Positions 14,306 to 25,466 of a stretch of DNA of 64,000 bases are shown here, one piece after another. Location: NCBI RefSeq assembly GCF_018350175.1, contig NC_058368.1, forward strand, positions 207,578,001-207,642,000. Direction: 5' to 3'. The notes beneath the pieces were generated by a model that was not told where the DNA came from, did not search any database, and saw only the letters and a list, made by a program, of their open reading frames with translations. The position numbers and the translations under genes are program-made. This stretch comes from Felis catus (taxonomy: Eukaryota). Positions within the stretch are counted from its first letter, which is position 1. Each line of letters begins with the position of its first letter.

Positions 14306-14492
14306 TTATTAGTGCATTTACCTATTAGGCATGGAAAGATGAGAAAGAGAATTCTTTCTTTCATTGCCATTTGTTGAAGGCTTTAGCACTGACTAGTGTT
14401 AAGAATGAATTAGATGAGAATCACTTGGGAGAGGAAGTGGCTACAAATGAGATTGTGGGGCTCTACCCTAAATCTACCAAATCTGAAATCAC

Positions 14493-14677
14493 TCTTTTCT
14501 TTTAATGTTTATTTTATTTATTTTTGAGAGAGAGAGAGAGGGAGACACAGAATCCGAAGCAGGCTCCGGAGTCTGAGCTGTCAGCACAGAGCCCAATGCA
14601 GGCTTGAACCTACAGACTGTGAAATCATGACCTGAGTGAAGTCGGACGCTTAACTGACTGAACCACTTCAGCACCCC
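14493..14677 (-). mobile_element. SINEC
   Basis: Antisense copy, first of a tandem pair. Confidence 0.9.
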
Positions 14678-14681
14678 ACAC

Positions 14682-14879
14682 TTTTGTTTAAGTTTATTTA
14701 TTTAGTGAAAGAGAGAGAGAGACCCCACAAGCGGGGAAAGGGCAGAGACAGAAGGAGAGACAGAATCCCAAGCAAGCTCCACCCTGCCAGCACAGAGCCT
14801 GATGCAAGGCTCGAACGCATGAACTCAGATCATGATGCTTAGCCATCATGCTTAGCCAACTGAGCTACCCAGGCGCCCC
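14682..14879 (-). mobile_element. SINEC
   Basis: Antisense copy with a small internal deletion and duplication (atgcttagcc twice). Confidence 0.9.
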
Positions 14880-15029
14880 AAGAATCACACTTTTAAAAGT
14901 ACCTTCACTTATTCTTCAGAACACTAAACTTTGAGGACTACTATTCTAAAGACACAGAGATAAATTAAGAATTGGGCCCTGCCGCCAGCAAGTTCGAGTG
15001 GACCAAGACATAAAACGTCACGTGATGCC

Positions 15030-15620
15030 ATGAGTACTCTGAATGGCTGAGGAAGTGTCAGAGAAGGCTTTGGTGGGGGAGGTTATCTCTGAGTGGGGTT
15101 TGAAGAAGACTGGGTTACCCCAGGTGAAGAGGAAGGGGAAGAAGGTATGGAAATAGAATGAGAAGCTCAGCCGCATGCAGCTGGAGATGTGACATGGCAC
15201 GAGCTGATGAAGGAAATCCTCATAGTCCATGTTAAGGAGTTTAGATTTTTTTTTTTTTTTTTTCTGAAGGGTTGGAGAGCCACTGAAGGGCTCTGGAGAC
15301 ACGATCCAGTTCATCATAGGAAGGTCACACTGGGAAGCCTTGGGAAGAAAGGATTAGAGGCAGAACAATTTCATAAGAAGCCACTGCAGCTAAAGAGACA
15401 GTGATGCAGGCAGCGCACTGGGGAGGGAGGGCAAGTGGGGTTCAAAAGACACTTCATAGAAGCCACAGGACACGCTGCTGAGACATGCATGCACGCAGGA
15501 GTCAGAGAGGCAAGTCCAAGGCTGATCCTCGGCTCACTGTTCGGTCTCATGTAAATAGGTGCCCTTGATGCCAGTTGGACATTCAGGTGAAGATGTCCCT
15601 GAGGTTAGGTGGTCACCTGG
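15030..15620 (+). mobile_element. L2 fragments
   Basis: Purine-rich L2-like text (tgttaaggagtttagatt, ggagagccactgaaggg, ttggacattcaggtgaagatgtcc). Confidence 0.55.
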
Positions 15621-15870
15621 CCAGGAGAGTAAGCAAGTACCTCAGAACTGAACACATGCACCGTGAGACGATGCACCTGGGGCAGGATGGTGAGGGGAGA
15701 CAGGTTCTAGATCAGACAGAAGGCTGGGTCGCATGTGTGTGCTCAAGAAGGACCTTGTAAGCCCCCTTGAACGGATACGACCAGCCAGTACGAAACCCCA
15801 TGGTTTTGTTGACACCCCTATGCCCTTTGTCTACTTCTAGTGCATTGATTTTCTCTCTCCACTCTTCTCA

Positions 15871-16161
15871 ATAGCGGTCTCCGAAATGGAGTGAACACAA
15901 CAGAAGGAGGGCTCAAGACAGTTTGTTGGACAAGGAGGGAAATTGTTAGCAGGATTATATTTTTAAAATCTCACCTTTGCTTTTCTATTTTTGCTTACAC
16001 TTTATCATGGGTAAAGTATATTTGCAAAGTAATACACTTGTGTGTGTGGACGGTTAGCTAGATAGATAAGGCTCACTAAAAGATATCCACCTACTAGGGG
16101 CACATGCTCAAATATATCTTACTGCTAGCTACACATAATCAAAAATCTTGAGTGGCCACTC
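15871..16161. mobile_element. MER112-like hAT MITE
   Basis: Ends agcggtctcc / gtggccact; internal ggggcacatgctcaaa. Confidence 0.55.
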
Positions 16162-16779
16162 TTCTGCATGACAAAAACTCAAGAAAGGAGAGCCTCCAGG
16201 AGGAGAAGGGGAGAAATGGGCCCGGGTCTCGCATGCCGACTTCTCAGAGACTGCTGGCATCTTTCAAAAAGTTTTGCCGGTTAGCAAAACCCCACACAGC
16301 AGAACCCCTGGAAGTTATTCAAGTCCTTGTACCTTTTCTTATTTTGAATGCATATGTAGAATCTAAGAGCATCTAAGAGCTGAGCATTGGAAAAACCTTT
16401 GATATTGATCAGCTAGTTTTCTGCTTCCCCGAGAAGCAAAAAGAAAGGGCAGGTTGGAGGAAGGAGGGTGGGGTCAGAGGGATCCAGGGTGGAGGAAAGT
16501 AGAGAAAAACCACCTTTTTTTTTCCACACACTAACCTGGAGCCGGTCCTGCCCCTTGCAGGTTGTAATGTTTGTCTGGTTTGTGTGTGGGAACACTGAGG
16601 GGTGGAAGGGGAGGGAACTGTTACAGTTACAGAAACTAAGCGGACCTGTTTCTTGGCTTCTCTCCTATGTGATGCATTCTCATCCCAGTTACCAGTGTGT
16701 CTGGACACACTGGGGAGTTTTGACAGCAGATAGTGAACTCACTCTGGGAATTTACACTTTACATAACCTGTGATCAGAG

Positions 16780-16880
16780 CGTGATTGGCTTCAAGACAAA
16801 GCTCCTGACAAGGGGAAGTCCATCAGCCGGGCGGGGCCAGTTTGGGGAGGGTGTGGCCTCATTTGTGCTTCACCTGCGGC
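16780..16880 (+). promoter_or_regulatory. Promoter/enhancer-like motif cluster
   Basis: ATTGG 16784-16788, GGGGAAGTCC 16812-16821, GC box GGGCGGGGCC 16829-16838, KLF-type GGGTGTGGCC 16849-16858 and E-box CACCTG 16871-16876, all within 100 bp. Confidence 0.5.
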
Positions 16881-18944
16881 TACTTAGTCTGGAGCCGTGG
16901 TGAGGCTGGGGCTCTCCTGACAAATGTACTCCCTTGCTGAGCAAGCCAGGTCGAAGCCCACCCAGTCCGCCTTCACACCATCTCCAGATCCTCATGGGAA
17001 GGGAAGCCATCAGGATTGTGCTAAAGCCTAACTTGAGACCAAATCATTTTCACTCCCAAACACAGTCATGATTTGTTTTCCGAGTAAGTCCCTGGAGACC
17101 GTCAAAGGCACAGCACAGCAGGCATAGCCACCAGAACCAGATCACCTCTCCTTGAAAGGTGGCTCCACTGGCCATTGGCTTCGTGTCTCTTCTTGAAGAA
17201 CTAGAATGTTAACTGTCACTTTTTTTAATTGAGAGGAAATAAATGTTATAATTGCTCAGTTCAGGAACACTAAGTACAGCATTTAATTTAGAGAACAGAA
17301 AAGCAGACACGTTGACAGGCCACACGTATAAACAGTCCCATGCTGCAGACAGAAATAGGGTAAGGTTTCTCAACCTGGGGTACAGGTGAAGATGACGGTC
17401 AGATAGGAATAGTAGAAGAATTTACCTGGGTTGTAAAGACAGAAATTCTGGCATCCTAAATAGGTACTGTTACAGGTAGCAACAAGCTGAGTAAGCTGAC
17501 TTCCTCCAGCCTCCTAACATAACCCCTGACTCACTACTTTTCCCCCTATGGTATTTTATTTCCTTGTGTTGCACAATAGAGCTGCACATAATGGAGAAGA
17601 ATGAGCCTGGTTTTCAAGTCCACAAAGAAAGGGCTATTCATTTGAGACCTTCATCATTTGCTTAGAATTGCTCTTGCTGGAGGAGGGGAGAGTCCTAAAC
17701 ATTTAATAAGAGAGCCAGAAGCATTGAGGTGTTAGCTATAATTCTGCAGCAGATGTAATGTAAGATCTAGTATTTGAGTTAAGAAACCTTCGAATGATTT
17801 TATTTTAGGAAATTGCTCAGGTTTCCTTGTAATTTGTTAAAAGCTTTAGTGAGTAGCTACAAAAATAATGAAAAGTAGGTGTTTGAATAATAACGCAATA
17901 TTACACTATTGTTTTCCTTTAAAAATACAATGCAAGTAGTTCTTTCCGACTCCATCCTCTGGTAGCACCATCTCAAGAAGGATTATATGTGAAGAAAAAT
18001 ATACCTCTCATATTTTGTATTCTTTCCTTTAAATGAAGGGGAAAAATACTGCTGCTATACAGTGACTTAAAAATCTTACATTGATTTGCTGCTTCACAAA
18101 AATCGTTGCGTGTATCCAGAGCATCCAGTAAAACAGGTTTAGGCCAGAAAAAATGCTTTTACTTTTGCATGTTGTGATTATAAGCCGCATAACATCGAGG
18201 GGCATGGGGAGAGCCAAATGGAATTTGTATCATCATTATCATGGTTTTATCAAATAATAAATTATTGCATATTTCTTCCTTTGTGAGGAATTATAAAAAT
18301 AGAGAAAAATTGTTTATTATTATGTAATAATAAGATCAACTCAATATAAGATAGATTCAGGTAAGTATCTACACTTTTCATTTATTTCAGGAACATTTCA
18401 TTATGTTACCAAACTCACCTCATAGTGTTTTACTTATTTTTATTAAATCTCCAAACCTTTCAGACACTACCAATGAGCATAGCTACCATTCAATTTAAAT
18501 ACTTAAATTTTTAAATATAATCTTTGTAAATGTGTACATTTCTTCTCCCCTATTTTAGAGCAAAATTTATTTCTATCTCACAGAGTTGTAAATTGCTGGG
18601 TTCACCTTTTCCTGGGACACATGCATAAAAAAAAGTAACTACCCCACAAACTAAGAAGCCTCCCTTGGCCCATAATAAATTAATTCACTCAACAATGTTT
18701 ATAAAGTGCCTCTGTGTGCCAGGCACTGTACTAGGAACTATGGATCAAAGACCAGCCACAGCCCCCACCCTTAAAAAGCTCAAGGTCTAGTGAGAGAGAC
18801 AGACTTGTCTCCAAAAACTGAAAGATACCTCAGAAGCCAGAGCAAGGACATCCTGCCAAGTCTTAAGGGACTGAGTTCAAATGGAGATGACATCTCCACT
18901 GGGCTTTGGGGCTCGCACAGGAGTTTACCAGGTAAATGTGAAGA

Positions 18945-19420
18945 GAGGAGATGCATTTCACGAAGGCAGGGCATGTTCTGGGTTCGGGGAGTTATTGTTT
19001 TGTTGGTATCTTTGGCATCAGAGGGAGGTTGGTGGGCAAGAAAAAAAACATAAGACTGACTTTGAAACCTTAATATTTCTTCTCTTTCTGTCTTTCCCTC
19101 TCTCATCCGGCAAAATCCCAGGACAGTAGAGTTGCCCCCTGATGTCAGGACCCAGGCCCCCTTCTGGCTCTGCCACCCCTAGAGCATTGCTCTCCTTCCT
19201 CTTCAGCGAGCCGCAGCGGCTCAGGCCCCCACAGCATTGCAGCCAGCAGGAAGGGGAAAGCGTGCTAGGTTAAGGGTACTATCCAGGAGCTACATAAATC
19301 TCTTCTACTTTGATCCCATTGGCCAAATCTTAGTCATATGACCACATCTAGTGGCAAGAGGGGCTAGAAAATGTTTTCTTCTGTGTAGTCATATGCCTGG
19401 ATAAAAATGCAAGAATTCTC
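18945..19420. mobile_element. Old MLT1 (MaLR) LTR remnant
   Basis: cccattggccaaatcttagtcatatgaccacatctagtggcaagaggggctagaaaatgt is a characteristic old MLT1 motif. Confidence 0.65.
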
Positions 19421-19431
19421 TTGCCGTAAAA

Positions 19432-19640
19432 TAGGCGTTGGCAAATTTTTTTCTGCAAAGGGCCAGATAGTAAATATTTTAGGCTTCATACAGCCTTTGT
19501 CATGTGTTGTTCTTTTTAGATTCTGGGTTGTTGTTGTTTTTTTAGCTCTTTATAAATGTAAAAATCCATTCTTAGCTTAGCTTATACAAAACAAGCCATA
19601 GGCCAGAGCTGGCACATGGGCCATGGTTTACAATCCCCTG
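19432..19640 (+). mobile_element. MER58-like MITE
   Basis: ttggcaaattttttctgcaaagggccagatagtaaatattttaggctt ... tttacaatcccctg. Confidence 0.85.
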
Positions 19641-19792
19641 CCGTGGAAGGGGAGGAAACCAGATGGGGAGGGAAGTGACCATCTCTGATGCGGCTGCTAC
19701 AAGATTATAAACACTAAGAAGAATCTTGTCTTGTTCACTTTTCTAGTCTCAGTATAGTGCTTGGCCCATGCAGTAGGTGCTTAATGTTTACA

Positions 19793-19841
19793 ATGGATGA
19801 ATGGATGGATGGATGGATGGGTGGATGGATGGATGGATGGA
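19793..19841. repeat. (GGAT)n microsatellite at the tail of an L2 3' fragment (~19710-19800)
   Basis: Direct read; preceded by gtgcttggcccatgcagtaggtgctt. Confidence 0.85.
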
Positions 19842-20439
19842 AAGAAGGCGAGGAGGTTAATTTAACAACCGCAATTTGTTAAAATCCCACTTAGTCCCAA
19901 CGGTAGTCTCTCAACAGAGATTGTAACTTGAATACTCCAGTCGTTCCAGAGTTTGAAGGAAAGTTTAGCCAACAGCAGAAAAGAGTGCAACCACTGGGCT
20001 TTCCGCCACATGCACCCCCATCGGCTCATAGAGCCGAGCACTCATTTCATCTCCCAGTTGCAGATGAAGTTAAGTCCCAAATCTTCCATGGCTCAGAGTG
20101 GACCTCCCTAATCGACAGCCCTCTCTCTGACCCCTCCTGCAGGAGGGCAGCCCCAGGTGTGTAACAGGTTCCAGAACCACAGCCTTCTGGCTCCTCCCCT
20201 TGCATGCCAGAGTGGCGGGCCGGAGAACCTCGTTCTGAATTTGTCCTTAAAACTGTCATATGCTTGGTGGGAATGTCAGCAGAAGCGTCCAGGCTGAACA
20301 GACAGTTTTTAGTTCCCCTTATTGTCCCCCTTCTTACTCAATATCCTGAGGATATAAAAGAACTTTTCTTGACTCGGTCAGCCTAGTGGGGGGAGGGAGG
20401 GGTGGATCACTCAAGCATTCCCCTGGACATCACCCTGCC

Positions 20440-20579
20440 AGGCATCAGAAAGTTCCACAGTCCTCAGACTCTGCATGCTGAGCAGACACAACAGCCCAAA
20501 GTGAGGGGGCCCAGCCCCTGGCCCCAGGAAGATGAGCCATATGAGGCCACCCCCCCCAACCTCATTCTGCAGGAGTCAG
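20440..20579 (+). other. FYB1: Candidate upstream (first) exon of FYB1; 5' boundary uncertain
   Basis: Non-repetitive GC-richer segment ending in GAGTCAG|gtaacc (GT 20580-20581), 15.5 kb upstream of the coding-exon acceptor, in a SINE-poor zone. Inference only. Confidence 0.5.
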
Positions 20580-21269
20580 GTAACCGCTTCTTTCAAATAA
20601 ATGTGTGAGTTTTTACAGCAGGATTTGGTGCCGTCTCCAAATTTTGGCAGTATCAACTGTGATAGCTGAAATAACGAAGAGAAAGACACATTCTGCTGGA
20701 AAATAGCCAAAGAGGTGTTCATCAGACACTCAAACACAGCCTCGTTGTGGCCAGAGGGTGCTAAGCAGATAAAAATGTGTCTGTCACTTGCTGTTTCGTA
20801 ACTGAATAGGGCCTCTCACATGTTCCTGTTCCAGCCTCTGGTTCAGCTGCTCTTAAACGAAGTCTTACAACAGAACAAGAAACTTGGTCCTATTGGGCAC
20901 AGACGATTTAGTTCACCCTGGCTCCTAACAAGTGTGTGCTCATTCTTTTGATGAGGAGGAGCAAATTTCAATTTCCCCTCAACCTTAAGATCTGGCAGGG
21001 GGTGGGGACTCGTGTGAAATTTCTACACAGACCAGGGAAAGGAAGCTAGGCTGCCATCAACCCTGCCATCTCAGAAGGAGTCCTGGCAAACAGGGACAAA
21101 GGATGACAAAGGACTAGAAATGATCTGAGGAGATCTTTCAAAGTGACAGTAACTAAAAACAAAATTCAGTTGGAGACTTTGGCCTTCTCATATGAGTTTC
21201 TGCCTCTTCTGAAGAATTCATAAGGCCTTTTCCCATCCTTTTCATGAGAGTTAGGATGAGGTATTTCAC

Positions 21270-21415
21270 AGAAGAGCATGGGCCTTGTACTCTGCCTCCT
21301 ACCAGCTATGTGACTTTGGGTGAGCCACTTAACCACTCTGTGCCTCAGTTTCCTCTAAAAAATGAAGACAAAAGTAGTACTTACCTCAGTGAGCTGTTGT
21401 AAGTATAAAATTATA
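21270..21415 (+). mobile_element. MIR
   Basis: Core tgtgactttgggtgagccacttaaccactctgtgcctcagtttcctc. Confidence 0.85.
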
Positions 21416-22030
21416 TAAAGTTATTGTTTACTAATATGTAATAGTAGATTGTTAATATTTGCCACTTAAAGCAGTTTGGCATTAGGTAGAGATTATTCCA
21501 TGTGTAAAAATAGATAGGTTTATGAACACAAGGCAAAGTCATGGCTGTGCTTTTCTGTCCATGCTGCAAGACCTGTCAGGAGAGGTTTTATGTAGACCAA
21601 AACGTGCATATAGGAGGCAAGGAATAAACTTCAAATATGATAATAACCCAGAAATTAATGTTACAGGTGAGGGGCAAGAGGAAGACATCATTCTTCCGAG
21701 TAAAACCACATCTTTAAAAATCCTCCACTAAAAGTTATCACGAATATCAAAGGCATTGCAGTGTATTCGAGAGACATCCTGGGAGAAGTCAGCCTTCTGT
21801 TTTAGAAACAAAAGTCTGGGAAGGATTCCATTTCTCTAGGGGAATTATTTACAAGACTCAAATTCATGCTGCCTGCTTGTCACTTCCATCCACTTAACTA
21901 CCAGGAGCTTCAAATGCTCCACAGCTCCTGCCCACATCCCATAGGCCCCTTTTTTGGACTTCGGAGCTCAATAAAGTTGTTTCTAGGGGAAATTCACTCT
22001 TGAACGTTATGGCGTCCCATCGAGCAGTCA

Positions 22031-22049
22031 CACTGACACCTAGTGGTCT
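22031..22049 (-). promoter_or_regulatory. Candidate CTCF binding site
   Basis: Minus strand reads AGACCACTAGGTGTCAGTG, a close match to the CTCF core CCASYAGRKGGCRS. Confidence 0.55.
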
Positions 22050-22696
22050 AAAAGTTAAATGCAAGCACTTAGCCCATTTGAATCTCTCTTTTTGTCAAAG
22101 CCCAGGGGCAATATGTCCCAGGCATGTATTTCTATAGTTGTTGAGTGAAGAGAAGTGGATGTTGGAATCATCTCTGTATCAGCCACTAGGAATAAACCAA
22201 ATATGTATGTGTTTGAGAAGAGATGAAAATCCCATGAGAAATTTTAGAAGCTGAAATTACCTGATCAGAAGCTAGTAGAGGGTTTCTCTCATAGATATGG
22301 AGAGTTTAGGGCTTGTCCTGTTCTTCTACTTCTGCTAACTGGCCTCCTTACTCGAACAAGAAACAAGTAAAACCATTCAGTATATAAATTCAATGTATGA
22401 TTTATTAATAATATTGCTGAGTCCGCGCCCTGGATGTTGGTCAGATCTTCCTTCCAAGAGCAGGTTAAATGACACAAAAGCTCACGTGCAACATGTAACT
22501 GATTCCCCACTCTGTCTTTCCAAGTCAGGGACAACCCCAGCAGGAATGCCTGCTCTAGGGTGATAACGTATGGTGGCCCAGACAAGGTTATCATGCAAAA
22601 AGACTTTCTGGCCTTCATCCTGAACTTCATCCATTTAGGCACTTGGATATTCATAGAAAAACAGCACAAAGCATATTGGACTTTTGTGAAGGTGGG

Positions 22697-23046
22697 CGTA
22701 TCAGTTTCCTGTGGCTCCTGCAACAAATTATCACAAACTAGATGGCTTACAACAACAGAAATGTATTCTCTAACAGTTCTGGAAGCCAGAATTCTGAAAT
22801 CAAGCTGTAAACCAGGCCATGCTCCCTCCAAAGGCCCTGGGGGTGTATCTATTCCTGGCCTCGTCCAGCTTCTGGTGGGTCCAGGCATTAACTGGCTTGT
22901 GGCTATATCACTCCAATCTGTCTTTGTCTTCACATGGCCTTCTCCTCCTCTTATCTTTCTCCCTTCCGTATTTTATAAGAACACTTGTTCCTGGATTCAG
23001 TGCCACCTGGATAATATAGGATGATCTCATCAGATGATCCTTAATT
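22697..23046 (-). mobile_element. MLT1 solo LTR, truncated
   Basis: ggcttacaacaacagaaatgtattctctaacagttctggaagccagaattctgaaatcaag; ends abruptly at a SINE head. Confidence 0.85.
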
Positions 23047-23080
23047 AGGGGCTCCTGGGTGGCTAAGTCAGTTCAACTAT

Positions 23081-24112
23081 AATTGTTGAACTATATAGTA
23101 GTTCCATTTTTAATTTTTTGAGGAACCTCCATACTATTTTCCATAATGGCTGCACCAGTTTGCATTCCCACCAAGACTGGACAAAGGTTCCCTTTTCTCC
23201 ACCTCACGCCAGTATTTGTTATCTCTTGTTTTCTTTTTTGTAATAGACATTCTGACAGGTGTGAGCTGATATCTCATCGTGCTTTTGATTTGCATTTACC
23301 TGATGATGAGTGATGCTGAGCATCTTTTCATGTGTCTGTTGGCCATCTGTATATCTTCTTTGGTAAAATGTCTATTCATGTCTTCTGCACATTTTTAAAA
23401 TTGGTTTGCTTGTTTGCTTGTAGGAGCTTTATGGTTTCAGGTGTTACATTCAAGTCTTTAATCCATTTTGAGTTAATTTTCATGTATGGTGTAAGATAGT
23501 GGTCTAGTGTCATTCTTTCGCATGTGACTGTCCAATTTTCCCAGCACTATTTATGGAAAAGACTATCTTTTCCCTGTTGTATATTCTTGATTCCTTGGTC
23601 ATAAATTCATTGACTATACATGCATGGGTTTATTTCTGTGCTCTCTATTCTGTTCCATTGATCTGTGTGTCTGTTTTTGTGCCAATACCTACGTTTTCAT
23701 TACTATAGCTTTGTAATACAGTTTGAAGTCAGGTAGCATGATGCCTCCAGTTTTGTCCTTTCTCAGAATAGCTTTGGTTATTTTTTTTTTTATGGTTCCA
23801 TACAAATTTTCGGATTGTTTGTTCTATTTCTGTGAAAAATGCCATTGCAATTTTTATAGGGATTTTATTGAATCTGTATATTGCTGTGAGTAGCATGGAC
23901 ACTTTAATGATAATAATTCTTCCAATTCATGACCACAGAATACCTTTTTATTTATTTGTGTTCTTCAGTCTCTTTCATTACTGTCTTTTAGTTTCTAACA
24001 TAAAGAACTTTCACCTCCTTGATTAAACTTATTCCTAGATATTTTATTGCAGATGGGTTTGTTTTCTTAATTTCTCTTTCTGATAGTTCATTATTAGTGT
24101 TTATAATCACTT
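23081..24112 (-). mobile_element. L1 ORF2 3'-region fragment with an internal deletion
   Basis: Homologous to 42020-42880; skips a block at ~23430; no intact frame. Confidence 0.9.
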
Positions 24113-24761
24113 TGGTATCCCAACATGCCACATGCTCCCATTTGTCCTCATGGTTGGCAGGGCTGGTGATTGTCTTATGCATAAAGAAACCCTTAGATGA
24201 TAGGATGATAGAAACCCTTAGCAGGATAGGATGGGTCATATACCATGAGCTGCTTGAAAAAAATCTCCCAAGGTGATTGTACCATACCCTGTTCTTCTAA
24301 CTTTCCCTGTCCCGTGTCAGAGGAGACCATCCAAAACACCTTTGTTTATTTAACCCATCAGTTACAAAAATAACTTTAGTCAGTGAGGTGTGCTTATACC
24401 ACTCAAGTAATTTTTTATTGTTTTTATTTATATTAGAGATCTGACATTGGTCCTTTGTGACATTTTTGCCACATTTATATGTAAGTCATTTAAAACGTCT
24501 TAAAAGTTTTGAAAAAATATTCTCAATCAAACAAAATTTCATCCGGACAGTAGAATGTCTTCAAAAAGCTTGATCTTGTTGAAAGATCATTTTCTCCTCC
24601 ATTTCGAGTCACGTTCATTTTCCTCTTCCAATTACTAAAACTAGGGTAAAAAGAAAGAAAATATCCCACTGTGGAAAAATATCAAAACAATTGTATCATT
24701 TACAAAGAGTTTTCATTTAATTTAATAATCTTTCAGATACTACTCAACTATTTACACCACT

Positions 24762-25466
24762 TTTTTGTGGTAAAATATACAGAACATAAAATTTGCCATA
24801 TTAACCATTTTTAAGTGTGTACAATTCCATGGTCATAAGTGCTTTCACACTATACTATGGCCATTAACACCATCCATCTCCAGAATGTTTTCATGTTCCC
24901 CAACTAAATTCTATGCCCATTAAACACTAATTCCCCATCACCTCCTACCCTCAGCCCCCGATCATCACTATCCTACTTACTGTCTTTATGAATTTGACTA
25001 CTCTACGTACCTCAGATAAGTGGAATCATACAATATTTTTCTTTTTATGATTAGCTTATTTCACTTAACGTAACGTCCTCAAGGCTCATCCATGTTGTAG
25101 CACTAAAGAGTTTCTTCCTTTTTCAGACTGAATAACATTCCATTGTGTGCATATAACACTCTTTCTTCATCCATTCCTCCACCGCTGACACTTGGATGGC
25201 TTCCCCCTTTTGACTTCTGTGAACAACGCTGCTATGAACATGGGTGTACAAATATCTGTGCAAGTCCCCATTTTCACTTATTTGAGTGGAATTGCTGGAT
25301 TGAAGAATCAGCATGGTGTTTTCCACAGTGGCTTCACCATTTTATATTTTCACCAGCAATGCACAAGAGCTCAATTTCTCCACATTTTTGCCAACATTTG
25401 TTATTTTCTGGTGTTTTTTTTTTTATAATAGCCATCCTAATGGGTGTGAAGTAATAGCTCATGTGG
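24762..25466 (-). mobile_element. Older L1 (L1MA/MB-type) 3' end
   Basis: Typical 3'UTR text (acctcagataagtggaatcatacaatatt, catccatgttgtagca). Confidence 0.88.

Noticed and set aside
18358..18366. Perfect donor CAG|gtaagt
   Set aside because: Very AT-rich context with no clear acceptor or promoter; such 9-mers occur by chance. Not strictly excluded.
20402..20608. 68-aa ORF with a phosphotyrosine-like motif QEDEPYEA
   Set aside because: GTG start, and this frame is phase 1 at the 20579 donor, so it would be out of frame with FYB1.
22289..23024. Overlapping 214-aa and 154-aa ORFs
   Set aside because: Largely within an MLT1 LTR; no recognisable protein.
23071..23104. Hairpins gttcaac/gttgaac and gaacta/tagttc as templated inverted filler
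   Set aside because: Most of this aligns to diverged L1 (aattgctggatcatatggtagttc), so the symmetry may be coincidental.
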